A DNA stretch of 64,000 nt from Mycobacteriales bacterium. Its GTDB lineage: Bacteria; Actinomycetota; Actinomycetes; Mycobacteriales; QHCA01. Location: contig JBBRYN010000001.1 in assembly GCA_038237645.1 (NCBI GenBank), forward strand, positions 40,101 to 104,100, written 5' to 3'. A program made the translations under genes and the position numbers. The stretch's first letter is position 1, and each line of letters opens with the position of its first letter. The notes beneath the pieces were generated by a model. That model saw nothing but the letters and a program-made list of their open reading frames with translations, made no database searches and had not been told where the DNA came from. Shown here one piece after another: positions 9,705-18,426 of this stretch.

Positions 9705-10424
9705 TCAGACGACCGCCCCGTCGTCGGGCCCGTCGTCAACGCGATCGTCCCGCATGCGCCAGATGAGGTAGCCCACGCCGGCGACGATGGCCGCGATGCC
9801 GAATCGGAATGCGAGGACGGAGTCCAGCCCGAGCAGCCCGGAACCGAACGCGAGCAGGAAGATGCCGAGGGTGATGGCGAGCAGGCCACCTAGCGTCTGC
9901 CTGGAGATCCGGGGGAGCGGCGGGGGCGGCGGCGGGACGTAGCCCTCCTCCTCCGCTTCCGCTGCTTCCGGCTCGGTCGGCGCCAGCCAGGCGCTCGGCT
10001 CCGCCTCGGATTTCGCCGCACCCTCCAGCTCGGCTTGTGTGGCGGTCTCGGCGGTTGCATCCACCGCCTCCGTTGCGGCTGCTTTGGGATCTGCGGCGGG
10101 CAACTCCAAGGAGGCCACCAGCTCTGCCCAGATCGCGTCGTCGTCCGGCCCGGACTGGGCGGCGGCGACCACCGCACGGGCGTCGGCCGCGCGGTGGCGG
10201 TCGACGTAGAGCCGGTCGGTCGGCCGCGAGGGGAGCGAAACGGCCCTCGTCAGGGCGTCGTGGTCGGCCGTGGGCTGCAGGTAGGCGGCGATGCCGTCGA
10301 GGCCGAGCAGGTCCAGCAGGTGCTCACCTAGCCGCGGATCGACGTCGCCGACCGACGAGAACGAGCTGGCGGTCAGGCCGTTGTCGCGGCGGCCGCGGGC
10401 GCGCCCGCTCGGGTCGGGAATCAC
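9705..10424 (-). CDS. Hypothetical membrane protein with acidic/proline-rich linker
   Basis: PPPPPPLP linker followed by two hydrophobic helices. No known catalytic motif. Confidence 0.45.
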   Translation of the reverse strand: MIPDPSGRARGRRDNGLTASSFSSVGDVDPRLGEHLLDLLGLDGIAAYLQPTADHDALTRAVSLPSRPTDRLYVDRHRAADARAVVAAAQSGPDDDAIWAELVASLELPAADPKAAATEAVDATAETATQAELEGAAKSEAEPSAWLAPTEPEAAEAEEEGYVPPPPPPLPRISRQTLGGLLAITLGIFLLAFGSGLLGLDSVLAFRFGIAAIVAGVGYLIWRMRDDRVDDGPDDGAVV

Positions 10425-10431
10425 CGGGCCG

Positions 10432-11184
10432 TCACTCGACAGGTGCGTTGGCGTGGACGAAGTCGACGCTGCCGGTGAAGATGAGCGGCGCGTCGTTGTC
10501 GAGCGTCGCGACGTGATAGCTGTCGGCGAGGATGACCTCCTTCACCTGCGTCGACGAGGCGCCTTCGATCAGCAACCGCCCGGACACCGCCTCGACCACG
10601 TGGTCGAGGCTGCTGCGAAAGGTAAGAACTGGCTGGGTCAGCTTGGCCAGGTCGGCCCGGGTCTGGGCCCACAGCTGCGACAGGGAGTAGGCGGCTCGCA
10701 GGGGCGTGCGGTCGTAGGCCACCTCGGTGGTGCCCGGCTTCTTGATGTCGCTGGCGATGCCGGGGATCGACGGCAGCACTCGGGAGAGCATGGCGAGAAG
10801 CTTGGCGTCACGGCGCACGGTGGCCAGCGACGGGTTGACCAGCACCAACCCGGCCAGCTCGGCGCCGCGCTGTTCGCCGAGCCGGAGGCACAGGGTGCCA
10901 CCCATCGACAGGCCCATCGCGAAGACCGTCGGCACCCGGGCCAGCATCTTGTCGAACGCCCCTTCGAGTTCGGCGTACCAATCCGGCCAGCCGGTGGAGT
11001 TCATGTCCTGCCAGCGGGTGCCGTGTCCGGGCAGCAGTGGACACCGGACGGGGATGCCGGCCGCGGCGAGATGCTCGCCCCAGGGGCGCATGCTGTGCGG
11101 CGTACCGGTGAAGCCGTGGCAGAGCACCGCCCCCACCGCGGCGCCCGGCGCACCGTCAATCGCAAACGGCTCTGCGCCTGGCAT
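10432..11184 (-). CDS. Alpha/beta hydrolase (esterase/lysophospholipase-like)
   Basis: HGFTG oxyanion motif and GLSMGG nucleophile elbow. Probable start at ATG 11184. The ORF-track start at 11304 is a less likely extension. Confidence 0.8.
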   Translation of the reverse strand: MPGAEPFAIDGAPGAAVGAVLCHGFTGTPHSMRPWGEHLAAAGIPVRCPLLPGHGTRWQDMNSTGWPDWYAELEGAFDKMLARVPTVFAMGLSMGGTLCLRLGEQRGAELAGLVLVNPSLATVRRDAKLLAMLSRVLPSIPGIASDIKKPGTTEVAYDRTPLRAAYSLSQLWAQTRADLAKLTQPVLTFRSSLDHVVEAVSGRLLIEGASSTQVKEVILADSYHVATLDNDAPLIFTGSVDFVHANAPVE

Positions 11185-11336
11185 GACGGGCACGGCAATG
11201 TCCTCAATGGCTCGGAATTGGGAACGGCTGGGGCTCGTGCCGTCATGGTGACACGTCGCGCCGACGTTGTACGAGGTTGGCCGGGTCCGTAGGCTGGGCG
11301 CCACGATGGGTGACCGGGGGAGGAGGGGATGGACCG

Positions 11337-12056
11337 GTGTTCTACTGGTTCCTCAAGAGGGTCTCCCTGGGCCCTCTGCTGCGGCTGCTGTTCCGCCCGC
11401 GCGTGGAGGGCCGGGAAAACATCCCTGAGTACGGCGCCGCCATCCTGGCGAGCAACCACCTGTCCTTCTGCGACTCGGTCTTCCTGCCTGCCCTCGTCCC
11501 GCGACGGGTGACCTTCCTGGCCAAATCGGAATATTTCACCGGGACCGGCGTGAAGGGCACGCTCGTGCGATGGTTCATGGCCGGGATCGGCCAACTGCCC
11601 ATCGACCGGACCGACGCTTCGGCGGCCCGCGCGGCGCTCGACACGGGCAAGCGGGTGCTGGCCGGTGGCAACCTGCTCGGCATCTATCCGGAGGGCACCC
11701 GCTCGCCGGATGGTCGGCTCTATCGGGGCAAGACCGGCGTTGCCCGGATGGCGCTGGAGGCCGCCGTCCCCGTCATCCCCTGCGCCATGATCGACACCGA
11801 CAAGGTGCAGCCGATCGGCCGCAAGATCCCGCATCTGGTCCGGCCGACCATCCGCATCGGCAAGCCGCTGGACTTCTCTCGCTACGAAGGGATGTCCGGA
11901 GACCGGTTCATCGAGCGGTCGATGACCGACGAGATCATGTACGAGCTGATGGAACTGTCAGGTCAGGAGTACGTCGACGTCTACGCCGCCAAGGTCAAGG
12001 CGGAAAAGAGCCGGTCCTCGGCCCAGCCGGCACCGCAGGAGCCTGCCGCCGCGTGA
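11337..12056 (+). CDS. 1-acyl-sn-glycerol-3-phosphate acyltransferase (PlsC family)
   Basis: NHLSFCD (HX4D) and YPEGTRS motifs. GTG 11337 is preceded by GGAGGAGGGG SD. Confidence 0.85.
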   Translation: MFYWFLKRVSLGPLLRLLFRPRVEGRENIPEYGAAILASNHLSFCDSVFLPALVPRRVTFLAKSEYFTGTGVKGTLVRWFMAGIGQLPIDRTDASAARAALDTGKRVLAGGNLLGIYPEGTRSPDGRLYRGKTGVARMALEAAVPVIPCAMIDTDKVQPIGRKIPHLVRPTIRIGKPLDFSRYEGMSGDRFIERSMTDEIMYELMELSGQEYVDVYAAKVKAEKSRSSAQPAPQEPAAA

Positions 12057-13195
12057 CCGTGCCGCGGGCGGTGAGCGTCGAGGTGAGCGGCGATCCGCCC
12101 TGGTGGAGGGCAATCGCGGCCTTCCGCTGGCTGACCCTTGCCTACGTGACCACGGTGAATCTCGCCGACCTGCCCAACGTCCAGCACCCGCTGGTGGCGG
12201 TGCTGCTGATGGTCGTGATGGCGGTCTGGACAGTCGTTGCCACGGTCGCCTATTCCCGGGCGGACCTTCGGCAGTGGCCGCTGTTCGTGGTCGACCTGGC
12301 CGTTGCGGTGAGCACGGTGCTGGCCAGTCGGCTTGTCGAGGCCAGCGCGCGGATTGCGGCGGGTGAGCCGACATTTCCGCAGATGTGGGTGGTGGGTGCC
12401 ATCCTGGCCTGGGCGGTCTGCTGGCAGCGGCGGGGCGGTCTGGCGGCCGCCGGCGCACTGGCGGCCGCCGACGTGGTCGAAGGAGGCGCGCTGTCGGCGA
12501 ACACCGTCAAAGGCATTGTGACCCTGCTGCTGGTCGGGCTGGTCGTAGGTTACGTGGTCGGCCTGGTCCGGCGGGCACAGGACGCCCTCGCCGAAGCCAT
12601 CCGGATCCAGGGCGCGACCCGGGAGCGGGAACGCCTGTCCCGCGACATCCACGACAGCGTGCTGCAGGTGCTCGCGTTCGTCCAGCGCCGCGGTGCCGAG
12701 ATCGGGGGAGACGCGGCGGAGCTCGGCCACCTGGCCGGCGAGCAGGAGCAGGCATTGCGCGGGCTGGTGTCGGTGTCGAGGGAGAGCATTTCCGGCGACG
12801 CCGACAGCAAGGTGGATCTCCGTGAGCTGTTCAACGCCGGCCAGGCCGGTCCGCATGTGCACCTGGCCACTCCCGCGACACCGGTGCTGGTCACCGGCCA
12901 CCAGGCGCGCGAGCTGGCCGCGGCGGTCGCGGCAGCCGTGCACAATGTGCGGCGCCACGTCGCCGAGGATGCCGATGTCTGGGTGTTGCTCGAGGACACC
13001 GGCGACGAAGTCGTCGTCACCGTGCGCGACGACGGCCAGGGCATCCCCGCGGGGCGTCTCGAAGAGGCCGCGGCGGAGGGCCGCCTGGGTGTGGCACAGT
13101 CGCTGCGCGGCCGGCTGCACGAGCTCGGCGGCAGGGCCGCGATCACCAGCGCTCCGGGTGACGGTACGGAGGTGGAGCTGCGTGTGCCCCGATGA
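12053..13195 (+). CDS. Sensor histidine kinase (HisKA_3 / NarL-partner type), membrane-embedded
   Basis: N-terminal TM helices. H-box LSRDIHDSVLQ. HATPase region VTVRDDGQGIP. GTGA overlap with PlsC stop. Confidence 0.85.
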   Translation: MTVPRAVSVEVSGDPPWWRAIAAFRWLTLAYVTTVNLADLPNVQHPLVAVLLMVVMAVWTVVATVAYSRADLRQWPLFVVDLAVAVSTVLASRLVEASARIAAGEPTFPQMWVVGAILAWAVCWQRRGGLAAAGALAAADVVEGGALSANTVKGIVTLLLVGLVVGYVVGLVRRAQDALAEAIRIQGATRERERLSRDIHDSVLQVLAFVQRRGAEIGGDAAELGHLAGEQEQALRGLVSVSRESISGDADSKVDLRELFNAGQAGPHVHLATPATPVLVTGHQARELAAAVAAAVHNVRRHVAEDADVWVLLEDTGDEVVVTVRDDGQGIPAGRLEEAAAEGRLGVAQSLRGRLHELGGRAAITSAPGDGTEVELRVPR

Positions 13196-13850
13196 ACCGG
13201 CCGGATCCCCGATCACGGTGCTCGTGGTCGACGATCACCCGATGTGGCGGGATGCCGTCGAGCGTGACCTGGCTGCCGCTGGCTTTCGCGTGGTCGGCAC
13301 GGCCGCCGACGGTGCCAAGGCTGTGCGGGTCGCCGCCGCAGTCCGCCCAGATGTCGTCGTCATGGACCTGCAGTTGCCGGAGAAGTCGGGCGTGGTGGCG
13401 ACGGGGGACATCACCGCTGCCCGGCCGGAGACCCGCGTTCTTGTGCTCTCGGCAAGCGGCGAGCAGCGTGACGTGCTGGAGGCGGTGAAGGCGGGCGCCA
13501 CCGGCTACCTGGTGAAGTCGGCCAGTGCGGCGGAATTGACCGATGCCGTCCGCCGGACCGCCGCCGGTGAGGCGACCTTCACGGCAGGCCTGGCGGGGCT
13601 GCTCCTCGGGGAGTACCGCCGGCTGGCGGCAACGCCGACGGGTGACCCGCTGCCGCAGTTGAGCGAGCGCGAGACCGAGGTCCTGCGGCTCGTCGCCAAG
13701 GGCATGACCGCCAAGCAGGTTGCGGCGCGACTCGTGCTGAGTCACCGGACCGTGCAGAACCACGTCCAGAACGCCATGCAGAAGCTGCAACTGCACAACC
13801 GGGCAGGCCTGGTCCGATACGCGATCGAGGCCGGCTTGGACGAGGAGTGA
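13182..13850 (+). CDS. Two-component response regulator, LuxR/NarL family
   Basis: REC domain ITVLVVDDH...VVMDLQLP. C-terminal LuxR HTH LSERETEVLRLVAKGMTAKQVAARLVLSHRTVQNH. GTG overlaps the kinase 3' end. Confidence 0.9.
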   Translation: MCPDEPAGSPITVLVVDDHPMWRDAVERDLAAAGFRVVGTAADGAKAVRVAAAVRPDVVVMDLQLPEKSGVVATGDITAARPETRVLVLSASGEQRDVLEAVKAGATGYLVKSASAAELTDAVRRTAAGEATFTAGLAGLLLGEYRRLAATPTGDPLPQLSERETEVLRLVAKGMTAKQVAARLVLSHRTVQNHVQNAMQKLQLHNRAGLVRYAIEAGLDEE

Positions 13851-13857
13851 CCCGGCC

Positions 13858-16800
13858 TCATAGCTCCGCAAGCAGCCGGACGGCGCCGTTGCGTGCGGCG
13901 AAGCCGGTGACAGAGGCGACCCACGGCCGCGCCGATTCCGCCGATCCCGCCGATCGGAAACACCGAGCGGCCGCGGCCGCGGACAGCGCGCTGTCGCTGA
14001 TACTGCCGATGCGGTCATAGACCTCGGCCGATTCTGCGTACGCCGCCGCCGCCTCGGCCTGCCTGCCCCGGCGGGCCAGCAACCCGCCTCGGGCGCAGGC
14101 GGCGGCGCCCTGCACCCAGAGGGTGGGCCGCGGCAGGTCGACCAGCCACTCATGGAGGGGTCGCAGGGATTCGTTGCCGGCGAGGGTCGCGGCTGATACG
14201 GCCGCACCTATCCAGTCCCGGGAGGCAACCGAGGAGTCCCCCCGCCACTCGCCGGCCAGCTCGTCCAGCATGGCGGCGGCCTCCTCCGTGCGCCCTTGCA
14301 GTGCTCGGGCCAGCGCCCCGTGGGCCAGGGCGGCCCGGCGGATGGGGGTGAAGCCCGCCTCGGCGGCCAGCCGTACGGCCAACTCCACGTCGTCGCCCGG
14401 ATCTTCGTCGCGCAGCACCCGCAACCAGGCGCTCAGCGCTCGCAGCTGGGCCTCCCACGGCTCACTGCCGGCCCCGGCCGAGCCGAAGAACTCGTCGGCG
14501 GCCGCCAGGGTCGCCACCCAGTCACCATCGAAGTAGGCGCGCATGGATGCATCGGAGAAGTCGGTGGCCAGTCCCAGCCCCGCGCTGCGGCCAACCTCCC
14601 GCAGCTCGTCGAGCAGCGCGTAGCTGCGCCGGAGATCTCCCTCCTCCTGCAGGGCTGTGGCGAGGTTGTTCAGTCCTCGGCGTAGCGCTCGGAGTTGGCT
14701 GTCGCGGCAGAACTGCACTGCCTGGGTCAGTTCCTCGATGCCGGCGGGGTCGCCGGAGAGGTAGCGGGCCGTGGCAGCGGTCACCCGCGCGTTGCCCTGC
14801 ACCTCCGCCAGTCCGAGACCGACGGCGATCTCCTCGGTGCGCTGCGCGCTGGCGATCGCTTCGGCGTGCTGGTAGCTGACCATCTCCAACCGAGCCAGCT
14901 CGGCAAAGGCTTGCGCCTTGTCGGCCGAATCCGGCTGGTCGGCGAACAGCAGCAGCGCGCGTTGCAGGTAGTCGTACGCGGGATCGCGGCGCGCCCGGAA
15001 CCATTCGATCTGGGCGAGCAGTGTGTAGGCACGGCCGGCATCGGCCGGTCGCCAGAGCCGGGCGAACTGCTCCGCGAGCCGCTCGAGTTCGGCCACGCCA
15101 CCGCCCGCGTGAAAGGCGGCCGCATCGTCGAGGAAGCGCAGCTCCGCCGCCAGTGCCTCCACCTGCAGGCATTCGGCCTCGTCCATGCCTGGCGGGAGGA
15201 CTCGAATCGCCTTCTCCGCGTAGGCCAGGGCAGGTTTGTACTCGTGCAGGGCGAAGGCCTGTCGGGCGGCGGCACCGAGGGCGCGCCAGGCCGGCTCGGC
15301 GTAGGGCCGCAGATCCAGCCGAAGTCTGGTGGCGAGTTCCAAGGCGACCACCCGATGGTGGGCCAGCGCCTCGGCGACGTCGGCCCGGCCGGTCGTGGTC
15401 AGGCCCTCCAGCCAGTCCGCTGCCCGCCGGTGCTGGTCGGCGCGGCGCTCGCGGGACAGCCGGCGGTAGGCCAGGTCACGCACCAGCACGTGCCGGAAGG
15501 AGCACTCGGTTTCGTTGGCGACCGTGCTGTCCTGACCCACCCGCATGAAGTCGCGCCGCTGCAGCTCGAGCAGGCCATCCTCCACCGCCGAGCGGGGCAG
15601 GCGTGCGGTCGCCGTCACCGCGCTCGGCCAGAACGTCCGGCCGATCACCGACGCGGCCGAGACGACTGCCTGCTCGACGGCACCCAGCAGGTCGAGACGG
15701 CTGGCGATGATGCCCTGGACCGTGTCCGGCAACGGTGGGTTGTCGCCCAGGTCGCTCCCCAGGTCGCCGCTGTCAGCCAGCATCCGGACGTATTCCCCGG
15801 CGTAGAGCGGATTGCCCCCGGCCAACTCCGTCAGCCGATCGAGGCTTGCCTCGTTGACCGTCGTGGCGCCAAGGAGGGCGCCGAAGAGCCGGAGCACGTC
15901 GGAGTCTCCCAGCGGTCGCAAGAACAGGGCATCGGCGGTCGCGTCACCGCACCAGTCAGGCAGCTTGTCGAACAGCTCCGGACGTGCCGTGGCAACGACG
16001 CAGAGCGGCAGCGCGATTGCCTCTGCGACCAGGGACTCCAGGAAGTGCAAGAGCGGCAGGTCCGCCCAGTGCAGGTCCTCCACGACGAGCACCGTCGGCC
16101 CGTTGGCGGCCATCGCCAGCAGCACCGCCCGCCACACGGAGAGCATCTGCGCCTGCTCCACCGCTGCGGCCGGCAGTCCGACCAGGGGCGCCAGGGCAGC
16201 CACCGCGATGGGTCGGTCGTCTGTGGCGACCAGCGGTGCAAGCATCCGGCGCAGCCGATTTCCGGCCTCGTCCGCCTGGTCGGTCTCCCGGATCCCTGCT
16301 TCCGCCTTGAAGATCTCGCCGAGGGAAGAGAAGCTCGTCCATGCGCCGTAGGCCGGGCAGTGACCGACCCGCCACCGAACCAGCTGCTGCGGTTGCGCGG
16401 TGACCCGTCGATGCAGCTCGCGAACCAGACGGCTCTTGCCGATGCCGGGCGGCCCGACAACAGCCAGCAGGTGCGGACGGCGTTCGCACAGCGCTGACCA
16501 GAGAATGTCCCAGGCGCGATCGAGGTCCTTGCCCCGCCCGACCAGCGGCGACAGGTCCGGCTCGTCCCGGGTCGGCCTGGAGACCAGCTCCCGGGCGAGC
16601 CAGACCTCGACCGGTGCCGCCTTGCCCGGCACGTCCAGATCCGGTACGGCGTCGTACTCGATCAGATAGCTGGTCATCCGGTAGGTGCTCGCATCGACGA
16701 GAACCTCGTCGGGGGGCGCCACGGACTGTAGCCGCGACGCCAGGTTGACGACGTCGCCGGCCAGCAGCGCGTGCCCTTGGGTGCGCAGCGCGCTCAGGTC

Positions 16801-17253
16801 GGCAGCGGCCTCGCCGCTGGCCACGCCGACCCGCAACCGCATGAGGGTGTCGCCGACGAGCGGAGTACCGCCGAGTGTCCGTTGCAACTCCAGCCCGGTG
16901 CGCACGGCGCGGTACGGGTCGTTCTCGTGGGCGGTCGGTGCGCCGAAGACGACCATCACCGCGTCCCCGATGTATTTCTCGACTATGCCCCCGTACTGCT
17001 CGGCAATGCCCTTCACGGCGGCGAAGTACGCCGACTGGACCGCGCGGAGATCCTCCGGGTCGAGCCGCTCGGCCAATGCGGTGAAGCCCACCAGGTCGGC
17101 GAAGAGCACACTGACCTCGCGCCGTTGCACGTCGGTGACCGGCTCGTCGGGACCGCCGGTCGCCGACAGGTCGCCCAGCCGGGATCCGCAACTGGTGCAG
17201 AAGGGGAGCCCGGCGTCGACCAGGGCCGCGCAGCTCGGACAGCGGGGGTGCAT
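13858..17253 (-). CDS. Multidomain signalling protein: N-terminal zinc ribbon + class III adenylyl/guanylyl cyclase + AAA/NB-ARC-like ATPase + TPR-like repeats
   Basis: CPSCAALVDAGLPFCTSCG zinc ribbon. Cyclase domain VLFADLVGFT...YIGDAVMVVFGAP. P-loop GPPGIGKSRL. Long helical-repeat C-terminus. 1131 aa. Confidence 0.85.
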   Translation of the reverse strand: MHPRCPSCAALVDAGLPFCTSCGSRLGDLSATGGPDEPVTDVQRREVSVLFADLVGFTALAERLDPEDLRAVQSAYFAAVKGIAEQYGGIVEKYIGDAVMVVFGAPTAHENDPYRAVRTGLELQRTLGGTPLVGDTLMRLRVGVASGEAAADLSALRTQGHALLAGDVVNLASRLQSVAPPDEVLVDASTYRMTSYLIEYDAVPDLDVPGKAAPVEVWLARELVSRPTRDEPDLSPLVGRGKDLDRAWDILWSALCERRPHLLAVVGPPGIGKSRLVRELHRRVTAQPQQLVRWRVGHCPAYGAWTSFSSLGEIFKAEAGIRETDQADEAGNRLRRMLAPLVATDDRPIAVAALAPLVGLPAAAVEQAQMLSVWRAVLLAMAANGPTVLVVEDLHWADLPLLHFLESLVAEAIALPLCVVATARPELFDKLPDWCGDATADALFLRPLGDSDVLRLFGALLGATTVNEASLDRLTELAGGNPLYAGEYVRMLADSGDLGSDLGDNPPLPDTVQGIIASRLDLLGAVEQAVVSAASVIGRTFWPSAVTATARLPRSAVEDGLLELQRRDFMRVGQDSTVANETECSFRHVLVRDLAYRRLSRERRADQHRRAADWLEGLTTTGRADVAEALAHHRVVALELATRLRLDLRPYAEPAWRALGAAARQAFALHEYKPALAYAEKAIRVLPPGMDEAECLQVEALAAELRFLDDAAAFHAGGGVAELERLAEQFARLWRPADAGRAYTLLAQIEWFRARRDPAYDYLQRALLLFADQPDSADKAQAFAELARLEMVSYQHAEAIASAQRTEEIAVGLGLAEVQGNARVTAATARYLSGDPAGIEELTQAVQFCRDSQLRALRRGLNNLATALQEEGDLRRSYALLDELREVGRSAGLGLATDFSDASMRAYFDGDWVATLAAADEFFGSAGAGSEPWEAQLRALSAWLRVLRDEDPGDDVELAVRLAAEAGFTPIRRAALAHGALARALQGRTEEAAAMLDELAGEWRGDSSVASRDWIGAAVSAATLAGNESLRPLHEWLVDLPRPTLWVQGAAACARGGLLARRGRQAEAAAAYAESAEVYDRIGSISDSALSAAAAARCFRSAGSAESARPWVASVTGFAARNGAVRLLAEL

Positions 17254-17458
17254 CCGTGCGCCACACCACCCGCAGTAGCGGGCCGCGGACGAGCTGTCCC
17301 ACGAGCAGGACGGGCAGCGGGTGATCAGCGCGGCGACCTCCGCCTCTGGTCGGAGATCACATCCTTTCAGTGGTGTCGGAAAGGCGACAGCGGTCTGGGC
17401 AGATCCCGGCTAGCGTCGGTCAGAACGATGACCGAGCAGTGTCCGAGGGAGGATCACG

Positions 17459-17638
17459 ATGCCGCAGGTGAAGCTGGCCAAGGACTGGGTGCGCTCGCCG
17501 ACGAGGACCGAGGCTGCGGGCACCACCGTCACGGTCGACGACGACACCGCACGGTGGCTCGTCACCAACGGGTACGTCAAGTTCCCCGCGGGGGGGACGC
17601 CGAGCTGGGTGCATATGACCCATCCAGGCGGCGGTTGA
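17459..17638 (+). CDS. Small hypothetical protein (59 aa)
   Basis: ATG 17459 preceded by GAGGGAGG SD at 17445-17452. Intergenic between the cyclase and crp. Not in the ORF track (below the length cutoff). Confidence 0.3.
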   Translation: MPQVKLAKDWVRSPTRTEAAGTTVTVDDDTARWLVTNGYVKFPAGGTPSWVHMTHPGGG

Positions 17639-17649
17639 CTGCCTGACGA

Positions 17650-18348
17650 TCAGGCCGGCGCGCCGGCCCGCCGGCGCAATGCGGTGAGGTCGTCGACGGC
17701 GACCCGGCGCCCTTCCACGTGCAGCCAGCCTCGGTCGGCGAAAGTGCCGAGGGCCTGATTCACGCTCTGCCGGGAGCCGCCGACCATCTCGGCGAGCTGG
17801 GTCTGGCTGAGGTCGATGACGACGGGTTCCCGGCTGGCTGCGCCGGCGAGGCGCACCAGGGTCTTGGCCACCCGCCCGGCGAGGTCAAGAAACACGTAGT
17901 CCGCAGTCTGGTCGGTAAGGCGGCGCACCAGCCCGCCCAGCGAGCGCAGGACCGCCTCGAGCAACGCCGGCTGGTGGTGCACCAATTCGAGGAATGCCGG
18001 CCGGGACAGCGACAACGCCGTGGTGTCCTCAAGCGCCTCGGCGCAGGCCGAGCGGGCCGCCCCGTCGAGGAGGGCGACCTCACCGAGGACGTCGGGGGGG
18101 CGGATGACGGTGAGCAGTGCTCGTTCGCCCGATGGTGCGGAGAGGAAGACCGAGACAGCGCCGGTGAGCATCACCAGGAGTGAGTCGCCGGGGTCGCCCT
18201 CGACGAAGAGCAGCTGACCACGCCGATAAGAACGGGGGACGGTCGCGGCGGCGACCCGCCCCCGCAACTGGCGGTCGAGGCCGGCGAAGACGTCGACGCC
18301 TGCAAGAAGGTCGGCGGGATCGATCTGCGGCGAGGCCATATTGCCCAC
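17650..18348 (-). CDS. Crp/Fnr family transcriptional regulator (cNMP-binding + HTH)
   Basis: cNMP-binding domain signature GEVALLDG. C-terminal HTH TQLAEMVGGSRQSVNQAL. Confidence 0.9.
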   Translation of the reverse strand: MGNMASPQIDPADLLAGVDVFAGLDRQLRGRVAAATVPRSYRRGQLLFVEGDPGDSLLVMLTGAVSVFLSAPSGERALLTVIRPPDVLGEVALLDGAARSACAEALEDTTALSLSRPAFLELVHHQPALLEAVLRSLGGLVRRLTDQTADYVFLDLAGRVAKTLVRLAGAASREPVVIDLSQTQLAEMVGGSRQSVNQALGTFADRGWLHVEGRRVAVDDLTALRRRAGAPA

Positions 18349-18426
18349 GCTCCTGTCAGGTGTCCAACACTGTCTGCAACATCCTCCTCTCGTCTGTGGT
18401 CCGGCGGAGGTGGTTCCCCCTGGATC

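Noticed and set aside
14695-17302. Several 200-600-aa ORFs overlapping the cyclase/AAA/TPR gene on both strands
   Set aside because: The 1131-aa minus-strand frame has contiguous cyclase, P-loop and TPR motifs. The alternatives are antisense or off-frame high-GC artefacts.
18349-18426. Possible CRP-type operator upstream of crp (GTGTccaACAC / TGTCA...)
   Set aside because: It is only a short imperfect palindrome and does not match the TGTGA-N6-TCACA consensus. It is too weak to call a site.
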